DNA from: an uncultured Planctomycetales bacterium
GTDB lineage: Bacteria; Omnitrophota; Gorgyraeia; Zapsychrales; CAYRXT01
DNA: 61,525 nt
Direction: 5' to 3'
NCBI GenBank assembly: GCA_964428315.1
Contig: CAYRXT010000014.1
Span: 1-61,525 of the forward strand
The stretch's first letter is position 1. Each line of letters opens with the position of its first letter. Positions 38,786-47,561 of this stretch are shown here, piece by piece. The notes under the pieces are model-generated. The model was not told the origin of the DNA. It ran no database searches and saw only the letters and a list, made by a program, of their open reading frames with translations. A program made the translations under genes and the position numbers.

Positions 38786-39775
38786 TCAGCGAAAACTTTT
38801 GAGTGTCTTGATGTAATTGGCGCGTTCAAAGGCCTGGGGATCTTCGCTGGATTTCTGGCTCATGCTGCCTTTCAACTGGCTGATCGAGGAGTACTCGTTG
38901 TCTTCCATCCATTCCTGGATGTCCTGCAGGATGCCCGCCACATGGGAGATCCCGTTTTTCAAAAGGCTGGAACACAGCATCGTGGCGTCGGCGCCGACCA
39001 GAAGCATCTTGATGACATCCTCTCCATAGTGGATGCCGCTGGTTGCCGCCAGGCTGAGCTTAAGGTGATCCCGCAGGATGGCGATCCAGCGCAAAGGCAG
39101 GCGCATGGCCTGGGGCGAGCTCAACAGAAGGTTCGGCGTCACTTCCAGGCTGGCCAGATCGATATCGGGCTGATAAAACCGGTTAAACAGAACGAGCCCG
39201 TCCGCGCCCGCCGTTTCCAGCCGTTTGGCCATGTTGGCCATCGCCGAGAAAAACGGGGCAAGTTTGACGGCGACGGGGATCTTCACCGTCTCTTTCACGG
39301 CATGGAGTATCTCCACATAAACATCCTCCACCTGCTGGCTCGTTATCCCGGGATCGGTGGACAAGAAATAGATGTTCAGCTCCAGGGCGTCGGCGCCGGC
39401 GCTTTCCATCTTTTTGGCGTATTCCGTCCAGCCGCCCAGCGAACGGCCGTTCAGGCTGGCGATGACCGGCACGGAAACGGCCTTTTTGGCCTTCTCGATA
39501 TGGCGCAGGTACTCCTCGGGGCCGAGTTCAAAATGTTCCGGCTCGGGCATGTATGTCAAGGCCTCGGGAAAATGTTCCTTGCCCTGGTCGAGCCGTTCAT
39601 TCATCTCGAATATGTCCCGCGTGATCTGCTCTTCAAAAAGGGAATAGTGCACGATGGCGGCGATCCCGGCATCCTCGAGCTTCCGGAAATTGTCCAGCTC
39701 TTCGGACAGCGGCGAAGCGGAGGCCACCAGGGGGTTTCGCAGTTTGAGCCCGAGATAAGTCGTGGTCAGATCCAT
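38786..39775 (-). CDS. Dihydroorotate dehydrogenase-like FMN protein
   Basis: TTYLGLKLRNPLVASASP, SLFEEQ, ELNIY, LFNRFYQPD, FERANY; start at ATG 39775. Confidence 0.85.
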   Translation of the reverse strand: MDLTTTYLGLKLRNPLVASASPLSEELDNFRKLEDAGIAAIVHYSLFEEQITRDIFEMNERLDQGKEHFPEALTYMPEPEHFELGPEEYLRHIEKAKKAVSVPVIASLNGRSLGGWTEYAKKMESAGADALELNIYFLSTDPGITSQQVEDVYVEILHAVKETVKIPVAVKLAPFFSAMANMAKRLETAGADGLVLFNRFYQPDIDLASLEVTPNLLLSSPQAMRLPLRWIAILRDHLKLSLAATSGIHYGEDVIKMLLVGADATMLCSSLLKNGISHVAGILQDIQEWMEDNEYSSISQLKGSMSQKSSEDPQAFERANYIKTLKSFR

Positions 39776-39797
39776 GGATATCTTTCCCTTTCTGAAT

Positions 39798-42700
39798 TTA
39801 TCCTTGTTCGCTTTGGGAGTCCGGCCGGACACTCATGGTCTTGTACACCGTCCAGCGCTCGTCGACGTCCTTCTGGGCCAGTTCCATCAGATTCTTGGCC
39901 AGCTCCGGCTTGCTCTTGGTGAGTATCTTAAAACGGTTTTGACGGTAGGCGTATTCCTCAAACTTCACTTTGGGATCGCCGGAATCCAGCTGAAGGGGAT
40001 TTTTCCCTTCCTTCGCCAGGTCCGGATTGAACCGGAAAAGCGGCCAGTACCCCGAGGCCACCGCCGCCTTCTGGTCCTGCATGGCCGTCGTCATATTGGT
40101 CCCGTGGGCGATACAATGACTGTAGGCGATGATGAGCGAGGGGCCGTCATAGCGCTCGGCCTCGATAAAGGCCCGGACCGTGTGTTCGTCCTTCGCGCCC
40201 ATGGCGACATTGGCCACATAGACACTGCCGTAGGTCATCGCCATGCGCGCCAGATCTTTCTTGGGGACGGGTTTGCCCGCCGCGGCGTATTTGGCCACGG
40301 CGGAACGGGGCGTCGCTTTCGACATCTGCCCGCCGGTATTGGAGTACACCTCCGTGTCAAGGACCAGGATGTTCACGTTGCGTCCCGAGGCGATCACGTG
40401 GTCAAGCCCGCCGTAACCGATGTCGTACGCCCATCCGTCTCCGCCGACGATCCAGACGCTTTTCTTGACCAGCATGTCCGCCACGCTCATCAACTGCCGG
40501 GCGTCCGCCGAGGAATCACCTTTTAACTTCTCTTTGACGCGTTCCACTCTTTTTCTCTGTTCAAAGATCTCCGCCTCATCGGCCTGACCGCTTGCGAGAA
40601 TTTCCCTCACCAGATCACCGCCAATCTTTGATTCCATCTTCTTCAGCAGTTCGGCGGCGTATTCCTTCTGCTTGTCGATAGCCAGACGGAATCCCAGCCC
40701 GAACTCAGCGTTGTCTTCAAAGAGGGAGTTCGACCATGTCGGTCCACGGCCGTCGCTGTTTGTCGTCCAGGGTGTGGTCGGCTGGTTGCCGCCGTAAATC
40801 GAAGAACAGCCCGTGGCGTTGGCCACGACGGCGCGATCGCCGAAAAGCTGCGACATCAGCTTGACGTACGGCGTTTCTCCGCAGCCGGCGCACGCGCCGG
40901 AAAATTCGAAAAGCGGCTGAAGGTACTGCGTTCCCCGCACGGTACTGTGCTTGACCTTCTGACGGTCAAGATCGGGAATCTTCAGGAAAAAATCCCAGTT
41001 GTTCATTTCCTGTTCGCGCAGGGGAAGCTGGGGACGCATGTTAATGGCCTTAAGCCGGGTTTCCTGCTTGTTTTTCGCCGGACATACATCAACGCATATC
41101 CCGCATCCCGTGCAGTCCTCGGGCGCGACCTGAATCGTGTACATCCGGTCCGAGAGATCGCGGTCTTTGGCCTTTGTCGATTTGAATGTCTCCGGCGCGT
41201 TCTCAAGCGATGCGCTTTCGTACACCTTCGCCCGGATGACCGAATGCGGGCAGACGAGCACGCACTTGCCGCACTGGATACAGACGTCCGGATCCCATTC
41301 CGGGATCTCAAGGGCGATGTTGCGCTTCTCCCAGCGGGTGGTCCCCGTGGGATACGTCCCGTCGACCGGCAGGGCGCTCACCGGGAGTCTGTCGCCCCGG
41401 CCGGCGATCATCTCGGCGGTCACACGCTGGACAAATTCCGGGGCCTCCCGCGGTACGGGCGGCCGCATCTCCAGCGTGCTCGTCACCTTGTCCGGCACCT
41501 TAACCTCGTGAAGGTTTTCCAGCGTCCGGTCAACAGCGTTATAATTCATCTGTACGATCTGGTCGCCCTTCTTGCCATAAGTCTTTTTGATGTAAGTCTT
41601 GATCTGTTCAATGGCCTCGTCTTTGGGGAGGATCCCGGAGATGGCAAAAAAGCAGGTCTGCATGATGGTATTGATGCGCTGCCCCATTCCGGTCTCTTTG
41701 GCCACCTTGTAGGCGTCGATAACAAAAAATTTCAGTTTTTTGTCGATAACCGACTGCTGGACATTGCGGGGGAGGTGGCCCCAGACTTCTTCAGGCCCAT
41801 AGGGGCTGTTCAGCAGGAAGACGCCTTCTTTGTCGATGCTTTTCAGGACATCGGTCTTCTCCAGGAAATTGAACTGGTGGCACCCGAGGAAATTCGCCCG
41901 GCTGATCAGATAGGGCGCGTGGATGGCCTCCGGCCCGAAACGAAGATGAGAAACGGTCATCGACCCCGATTTCTTGGAATCGTAAACGAAATAGCCCTGG
42001 GCATAATGGGGCGTGTTCTCGCCGATGATCTTGATACTGCTCTTGTTGGCCGAGACGGTACCGTCGGCACCGAGACCGTAAAAAACCGCCCGCACCCCCG
42101 AGGCGCTTTCTGTGGAAAACTGTTCGTCATAATCAATGCTGGTATGGCTGACATCGTCCCTGATGCCGACGGTGAAATGCCTTTTCGGTTCTTTCCCGGC
42201 GATTTCGTCCAGGACGCCTTTGACCATGGCCGGAGTAAACTCCTTCGAGGAAAGACCGTAACGTCCGCCCGATACCCTGGGCATGCTTTCAAACTTTGTC
42301 CCCTGCGTCTCCACCAGCGCGTTGACCACATCCAGGTAAAGCGGCTCTCCCGCGCTGCCCGGTTCCTTGGTCCTGTCCAGAACGGCGATGGTCCTGGTCG
42401 TCGCAGGCAAAGACTCCATGAAATGGCCCACGGAAAACGGCCGGTAGAGATGGACTCTGACGACACCGACCTTCTCGCCATTCTTGACGAGATGTTCCAC
42501 GGTTTCCTGGCACGTCTCGGCGCCGGAACCCATAATCACGATCACCCGCTCGGCATCCGGAGAACCGAAATAATCAAACAAGCGGTACTGACGTCCGGTC
42601 ATCTTCGCAAACCTGTCCATGGTCTCCTGGACAATCTGCGGACATTTCTCGTAGTACAGGTTAACCGTTTCCCTTGCCTGAAAATAGGTGTCGGGATTCT

Positions 42701-43358
42701 GAGCCGTGCCCCGAAGGACCGGCCTGTCGGGAGACATGGCCCTGGACCGGTGCGCAAGGACAAGCGTGTCATCGATCAAGGCGCGGATGTCATCATCTGT
42801 CAGTTTTTCGATCTTGGATATCTCATGTGAGGTCCGGAAACCGTCAAAGAAATGGATAAAAGGCACGCGCGTCTGCAGGGTCGCCGCGTGGGCGATCAAG
42901 GCCATATCCATCACCTCCTGGATGCTGGACGAGGCCAGCAGGGCAAAACCCGTGGCCCGGGCGGCCATCACATCGGAATGATCACCAAAAATGGAAAGGG
43001 CCTGGGCCGCCAGTGACCGCGCCGCGACGTGAAAGACAGTTGGCGTCAACTCGCCCGCGATCTTGTACATGTTGGGGATCATCAAAAGGAGCCCCTGCGA
43101 GGCCGTAAAGGTGGTGGTCAGACCGCCCCTCTGAAGGGCCCCGTGAACCGCGCCCGCGGCGCCGCCTTCAGACTGCATCTCCTGCACCAGCGGCGTGGTG
43201 CCCCAGATATTTTTACCGCCGTTGGCCGTCCATTCGTCGGCCCATTCCCCCATGGGTGAAGAAGGCGTAATAGGATAAATGGCAATCACATCGGATACTT
43301 TAAAGGCAACATGGGCGGCCGCCTCATTGCCGTCCATCATCATAGGTATGCGTTCCAT
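39798..43358 (-). CDS. nifJ: Pyruvate:ferredoxin/flavodoxin oxidoreductase
   Basis: YPITPS, QSEGGAAG, two 4Fe-4S motifs, GACAGCGETPY, GGDGWAYDIG, YSNTGGQ. Confidence 0.97.
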   Translation of the reverse strand: MERIPMMMDGNEAAAHVAFKVSDVIAIYPITPSSPMGEWADEWTANGGKNIWGTTPLVQEMQSEGGAAGAVHGALQRGGLTTTFTASQGLLLMIPNMYKIAGELTPTVFHVAARSLAAQALSIFGDHSDVMAARATGFALLASSSIQEVMDMALIAHAATLQTRVPFIHFFDGFRTSHEISKIEKLTDDDIRALIDDTLVLAHRSRAMSPDRPVLRGTAQNPDTYFQARETVNLYYEKCPQIVQETMDRFAKMTGRQYRLFDYFGSPDAERVIVIMGSGAETCQETVEHLVKNGEKVGVVRVHLYRPFSVGHFMESLPATTRTIAVLDRTKEPGSAGEPLYLDVVNALVETQGTKFESMPRVSGGRYGLSSKEFTPAMVKGVLDEIAGKEPKRHFTVGIRDDVSHTSIDYDEQFSTESASGVRAVFYGLGADGTVSANKSSIKIIGENTPHYAQGYFVYDSKKSGSMTVSHLRFGPEAIHAPYLISRANFLGCHQFNFLEKTDVLKSIDKEGVFLLNSPYGPEEVWGHLPRNVQQSVIDKKLKFFVIDAYKVAKETGMGQRINTIMQTCFFAISGILPKDEAIEQIKTYIKKTYGKKGDQIVQMNYNAVDRTLENLHEVKVPDKVTSTLEMRPPVPREAPEFVQRVTAEMIAGRGDRLPVSALPVDGTYPTGTTRWEKRNIALEIPEWDPDVCIQCGKCVLVCPHSVIRAKVYESASLENAPETFKSTKAKDRDLSDRMYTIQVAPEDCTGCGICVDVCPAKNKQETRLKAINMRPQLPLREQEMNNWDFFLKIPDLDRQKVKHSTVRGTQYLQPLFEFSGACAGCGETPYVKLMSQLFGDRAVVANATGCSSIYGGNQPTTPWTTNSDGRGPTWSNSLFEDNAEFGLGFRLAIDKQKEYAAELLKKMESKIGGDLVREILASGQADEAEIFEQRKRVERVKEKLKGDSSADARQLMSVADMLVKKSVWIVGGDGWAYDIGYGGLDHVIASGRNVNILVLDTEVYSNTGGQMSKATPRSAVAKYAAAGKPVPKKDLARMAMTYGSVYVANVAMGAKDEHTVRAFIEAERYDGPSLIIAYSHCIAHGTNMTTAMQDQKAAVASGYWPLFRFNPDLAKEGKNPLQLDSGDPKVKFEEYAYRQNRFKILTKSKPELAKNLMELAQKDVDERWTVYKTMSVRPDSQSEQG

Positions 43359-43464
43359 AAAAAACTCCTTCTCGTTAGTTTGCGGTATTGTAGTCGAAAG
43401 ATTTGTAAATGTAAATATTTATTTAAATCATACCAAGAGAATCCGGGAAATGAATTCGAATTCC

Positions 43465-43482
43465 TACGCAGTTTTCTAGGTA
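43465..43482. promoter_or_regulatory. Candidate activator site TACGCA-N6-TAGGTA upstream of the nifJ-hox operon
   Basis: 14/18 match to the reverse complement of 52077-52094; similar spacing to a TATGAT -10 (43427-43432) and to the start codon. Confidence 0.45.
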
Positions 43483-43553
43483 TTAATACGGTATTGTGTT
43501 TTTACCGAATCGGAGGATCGTTTGGCCGGCATAACATGCCCGCAGGGCATGCC

Positions 43554-43940
43554 TTATGCCACGTTGGCTTCGATGGTCTTGAGGAGGTCTTCCGGTTTAA
43601 CGGGCTTTTCCAGCACCGCCTTAACGGGCAGCCAGTCCTTGTCCGGTTGAAACCCGTAAGCCACATCCGTTTCCTTGCGGATCCCGGTGACGATAATAAC
43701 CGGGATATCCCTTGTCGAGGGCTCGTCGCGCAGGCCCCGGGCGACATCGAATCCTTCGGTCTGATGTGTCATCATCACATCCAGGAGGATCAGATCCGGC
43801 TTCCCGGATTTGGCCGCGGCAAGTCCCTCTTCCCCGCTCCCGGCGGTCAAAACCCCGTAGCCTTTGGCCTCCAGCAAGACACTCACGGCCTCCTGAAAGT
43901 CCGGATCATCATCGACAATAAGCACCGTCTTTTTTGCCAT
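43554..43940 (-). CDS. Single-domain response regulator (receiver)
   Basis: VLIVDDD, LILLDVMM, IVTG, EKP. Confidence 0.92.
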   Translation of the reverse strand: MAKKTVLIVDDDPDFQEAVSVLLEAKGYGVLTAGSGEEGLAAAKSGKPDLILLDVMMTHQTEGFDVARGLRDEPSTRDIPVIIVTGIRKETDVAYGFQPDKDWLPVKAVLEKPVKPEDLLKTIEANVA

Positions 43941-43952
43941 CCATGGCCTCCT

Positions 43953-44474
43953 TTAATTTTCCGCCTCTGTTTCGGCAACCGTGAAGACAAACGTGTTGCC
44001 GTCTCTTCCGGCCTCAACCCAAATACGCCCGCCGTGCTTCTCCACAATCTGTTTCGTGATGAAAAGCCCGAGCCCCGTCCCTTTGATCTTCTTCTTTTCG
44101 GGGGGCGCCGCCAATCGGGAAAATTTCCTGAACAATTGTCCCTGAGCCGAAGCGGGAATGGGCTCCCCGTCATTATGGAGCCCCACGGGCAAGCCCGTGG
44201 CCCCTCTCCCAATTACCCCTTGCATAAACACTTGAGCATTTCTCCGAAATTTTCTGCGTATGCTTCGGGGTTATCCGACTTCGTAAATCTTCAGGCGCAA
44301 TCCGACGAAGCCCCACGGCTTTTAGTCCGCATTCATCCACGGCTAAAAGCCGTGGTATTCTGCGAAGTCGGATAAATCTCAAAACGGCAACAATCAAGGT
44401 CCTCGACGGCGCTGATGCGCACCTTCCCGCCGGCGCGGCCGTATTTCACGGCATTACGGATAAGATTGTTCGCC
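43953..44474 (-). pseudogene. Displaced 3' fragment of the histidine kinase gene, interrupted by a 197-bp insertion
   Basis: 43974-44474 equals 45432-45735 apart from 3 substitutions and the insertion; ends VAETEAEN* right before the receiver RBS. Confidence 0.9.
44177..44373. mobile_element. Non-autonomous miniature element with IS200/IS605-like subterminal hairpins
   Basis: Absent from the paralogous empty site (TTATAA at about 45631-45636); hairpins ccacgggc-aa-gcccgtgg (44183-44200) and ccacggct-aaa-agccgtgg (44337-44355); no transposase. Confidence 0.8.
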
Positions 44475-44490
44475 GCTCGTTCTCGCCACC

Positions 44491-45276
44491 CTACTCAAAT
44501 CCCTCGACAGAACTTATCTCTTTGACTTTTCCATCCGGACCGAATGTTATAGTAAACTGCGTATGCCAAAAACCGGGACCTATGAACATTACTTTCAGTG
44601 TGATAATTTCTCTTTGACGATCCGGCATTGATGAAATTGCGGAAAAACATTCCGCATCATCTACTGAAAAATTGCTAACGTCATTATTGAAGTGGCAGGA
44701 CAAATAGCGCGTGGGGTAGCCGCGCAAAAGGTCCCGGACCTCTTCCCCGGTCATCCCAATAGCAACACCGGCATGAGCATCCTTGGCCAGTTCAGGTTGC
44801 CGCCAATCTCGCGCGGTGAAATCCGCACATTGCTTAATGAAAAAGAGAGTAGCCGCCATCAGGCCGATGACGATCCACACGCTTAGCCTTTGCGTCATTT
44901 TCTTTCCGAATGGTTTCTTTCCCTGCAAAACATGGTCCGCCTGTCTCAACAAATACAAAGGAATGAAAATCCCAAACCCGAAAGGGATAAGAAAAACCGC
45001 CATCTGCCAAAACCAGGCCTCGCTTCCTCTTGACATTTCTGAAAGCAGACGGTTAATGTCGAAGATTAAGATAAGAAACAAACAAATCGCCAATAAGATC
45101 AGGACGAGAAAAGAAATTAGGGCTAAAGACGTGAATAATTCATTTTCAGCAAGTCCTCCCGGTAAATTCGGGACGTTGGCGAGCAATAGCACTAAAAACA
45201 AAAAGGCCGCGATGATTCCCCAGAACCATAGATAGTTCCGGAGCACCTTGTTTTTAACGTGTTCTAATGCTTCCAC
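44491..45276 (-). CDS. Hypothetical membrane protein (about 4 TM + C-terminal extracytoplasmic domain), cargo between direct repeats
   Basis: Hydrophobic helices; C-terminal IGMTGEEVRDLL...FGPDGKV reminiscent of SmpA/OmlA-like domains; lower GC than flanks. Confidence 0.75.
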   Translation of the reverse strand: MEALEHVKNKVLRNYLWFWGIIAAFLFLVLLLANVPNLPGGLAENELFTSLALISFLVLILLAICLFLILIFDINRLLSEMSRGSEAWFWQMAVFLIPFGFGIFIPLYLLRQADHVLQGKKPFGKKMTQRLSVWIVIGLMAATLFFIKQCADFTARDWRQPELAKDAHAGVAIGMTGEEVRDLLRGYPTRYLSCHFNNDVSNFSVDDAECFSAISSMPDRQREIITLKVMFIGPGFWHTQFTITFGPDGKVKEISSVEGFE

Positions 45277-45362
45277 TATTGCCTTGCCTTCCGATAAGCG
45301 ATAAGAAACAACCGGTTAGGCTCTTTCAATTCAGATGAAAAACCGGTGCTTAAATCTGAACA

Positions 45363-47279
45363 TTACGTGTCCCTGTGAGTGACTTGGTCCGCTCTTCGTT
45401 CTTTGGGCCGTTCTTCAGGATGTCTTTTTTTGGCAACCGTGAAGACAAACGTGTTGCCGTCTCTTCCGGCCTCAACCCAAATACGCCCGCCGTGCTTCTC
45501 CACAATCTGTTTCGTGATGAAAAGCCCGAGCCCCGTCCCTTTGATCTTCTTCTTTTCGGGGGGCGCCGCCAATCGGGAAAATTTCCTGAACAATTGTCCC
45601 TGAGCCGAAGCGGGAATGGGCTCCCCGTCATTATAAATCTCAACACGGCAACAATCAAGGTCCTCGACGGCGCTGATGCGCACCTTCCCGCCGGCGCGGC
45701 CGTATTTAACGGCATTACGGATGAGATTGTTCGCCACGATCTTGAGAAGTTCACCGTCGGCGTTGACCGACACATGTTCGGGCACGGCATTCTCTATCTT
45801 CAGGCCCTTTTCGGCAATCTGCTCCTTGAACACCTCCAGGGATTCATCCACTATGTCCTTTTTTAGAAGGATATCCCTCCGGTCCAAATGCAGTTCGCCC
45901 TTTTCGAACCGGCTGAGGTCCAAAAAATTCCGTATCGTAAACGAAAGCTGTTCGAGATTGCGCCCGACCGAATCAAGGAGCGTCTTCTGCCGTTCATTAA
46001 CGGCCCCCAAAAATCCCCCTTTCACGGAGTGGACATTGAGAATGGCCGAGGCGATCATACCCTTCAGTTCATGCGAGACAAATCCCACCAGGTCGAGATA
46101 ATTCTTGTTCAGAGCGGCCAGCTTCTTGTTGGAATCGTCCAGGCTCTTCTCCCGGGCGGCCAGCTTTCCGCCCATCTCGTTAAAAGAAACCGCCAGTTCA
46201 TTCAATTCCGTGACAGGGGTTCTCGCTTCGACTTTGCTCTCAAGTTGTCCCTCCGACATATGCCTCGTCTTTTGGAGGAGCTCCATCAGCGGCCTCGTCA
46301 AAAAGGTGGCCAGGACGCAGGACAGGGCGACGGCGATCAAAGATACGGCCGCCGTGATCCCCAAAAACGCCAGAAAGATATTGCGCCGCATGTCGTTGAA
46401 CGGCTTCTCCAGAATGCCGACATAAAGGATCCCGATAACAGCGCCTTCGATGTTGCGGATCGGCTCGTAAGCGGTGATATACCAGTCGGTGACCACAAAG
46501 GCCCGGGCAAACCACTGGCGGCCGTTTTCCACGACCTGCTCGTAAACCTCTTCGGAGACCCTCGTTCCCACGGCGCGCTCCCCCTCACCGTCTACGACAT
46601 TGGTCGCCACCCGGACGTCGTCCTGAAAGATCGTCACGGTACCCATGGGTTTGGAATCGTAAAACTTCCTCTCAAATACCGCGTCACGGATATTATCGAC
46701 AATCTCATGGTTCCTGTTGAGGACCCTGCCGCCGAACAGGACCCGCTCCACATCCCCCTTCTCGCTGAATACCGGCCGTGCATATTCAATGCTCATGGCG
46801 CTTGTCAAGCGCGTCTTTTCGGTGGCACGGGCGCGGGGGGTATAGCGGACCGGGATAGCCGATTTCCTGTACACGTCCCGTCCGATCTTGACGAGCTCTG
46901 CCTCCTCGATGATGCGCGTGCCCGCCATGGGACGGCCCACGCGCACGGCCTCACGGACGATCAGGCTCTCCGCCGTCTCGGCCTCTTCTTTCCCGATCAG
47001 ACGCAGATAGTCCAGCCCCAGCCTGTCCCGGATGCGAAAAAGGCTGGCCCCCTCCTCCCGGGGCTGGACAATCTCCAAGGCGAAACGGATGCGCGCGCCC
47101 TGTTCATCATAAGCCATCCGGGCGGTCTTGAGATTGTTGTTGACCTCTTCCTGGGCCCGGTCCAGGATGTAGCGCCTGATCACATAAAAATTCAAGACCG
47201 ACAGCCCCAGCGCCAGAAAACAGATAACGCTCAGGAAGCATACGACCAGGACATCTCTCAGGTGAACGTGCCTTTTCAT
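45363..47279 (-). CDS. Sensor histidine kinase (TM-Cache-TM-HAMP-HisKA-HATPase)
   Basis: TIFQDDVRVATNV...WYITAYEPI Cache domain, FVSHELK, NNLIRNAVKY, GTGLGL. Confidence 0.93.
   Translation of the reverse strand: MKRHVHLRDVLVVCFLSVICFLALGLSVLNFYVIRRYILDRAQEEVNNNLKTARMAYDEQGARIRFALEIVQPREEGASLFRIRDRLGLDYLRLIGKEEAETAESLIVREAVRVGRPMAGTRIIEEAELVKIGRDVYRKSAIPVRYTPRARATEKTRLTSAMSIEYARPVFSEKGDVERVLFGGRVLNRNHEIVDNIRDAVFERKFYDSKPMGTVTIFQDDVRVATNVVDGEGERAVGTRVSEEVYEQVVENGRQWFARAFVVTDWYITAYEPIRNIEGAVIGILYVGILEKPFNDMRRNIFLAFLGITAAVSLIAVALSCVLATFLTRPLMELLQKTRHMSEGQLESKVEARTPVTELNELAVSFNEMGGKLAAREKSLDDSNKKLAALNKNYLDLVGFVSHELKGMIASAILNVHSVKGGFLGAVNERQKTLLDSVGRNLEQLSFTIRNFLDLSRFEKGELHLDRRDILLKKDIVDESLEVFKEQIAEKGLKIENAVPEHVSVNADGELLKIVANNLIRNAVKYGRAGGKVRISAVEDLDCCRVEIYNDGEPIPASAQGQLFRKFSRLAAPPEKKKIKGTGLGLFITKQIVEKHGGRIWVEAGRDGNTFVFTVAKKRHPEERPKERRADQVTHRDT
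45432..45735. repeat. 304-bp direct repeat (intact copy in the kinase 3' end)
   Basis: Matches 43974-44474 minus the insertion. Confidence 0.93.
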
Positions 47280-47306
47280 GGCGGTTGATCCGTTTTCATA
47301 AACGCT

Positions 47307-47549
47307 CTATTCGCAGTCGAAGGAGACCAGGCGCAGTTCCCGGTTGGGACTTTTCTCAATCTCGACAGCCGCCCCTTCCAACGGAGTTCCCTTGCCGTTC
47401 TCCTTAAAGAAAAAACGCAGTATTTCCTCGTTGATCTCGGTGAACTCCCCCATGCGCAGATAGACCGCGGTGATCTTTTTCGCCCCGTTATCTTCGGCTC
47501 TTTTGAGGAGGTCGTCAAAGACACTGCGGATAATGTGCATCTCGTGCAT
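47307..47549 (-). CDS. hypA: Short HypA-like protein lacking the Zn-finger
   Basis: MHE start, MGEF, GTPLEGAAVEIE, ELRLVS; no CxxC pairs. Confidence 0.75.
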   Translation of the reverse strand: MHEMHIIRSVFDDLLKRAEDNGAKKITAVYLRMGEFTEINEEILRFFFKENGKGTPLEGAAVEIEKSPNRELRLVSFDCE

Positions 47550-47561
47550 CTTGATCCCCTT

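Noticed and set aside
40947-42830. 627-aa plus-strand ORF, and similar ones at 28102, 38765, 45888 and 48022
   Set aside because: Antisense to well-conserved genes; expected from high GC3 codon bias.
43528-43560. Hairpin after the receiver gene as an intrinsic terminator
   Set aside because: Stem is present but overlaps the stop codon and has no U-tract on the coding strand.
43311-44375. 354-aa plus-strand ORF spanning the receiver gene and the insertion
   Set aside because: Chimeric antisense frame; no transposase motifs.
45300-45345. Integron attC-like cores (gcctaac/gttaggc; gttcgcc at the repeat edge near 44468) around the cargo gene
   Set aside because: No complete R''-L''-L'-R' structure downstream of the gene and no integron integrase; 7-mers this short occur by chance.
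43974-45735. Diversity-generating retroelement TR/VR pair
   Set aside because: Only 3 substitutions, not consistently at adenines on one strand, and no reverse transcriptase nearby.
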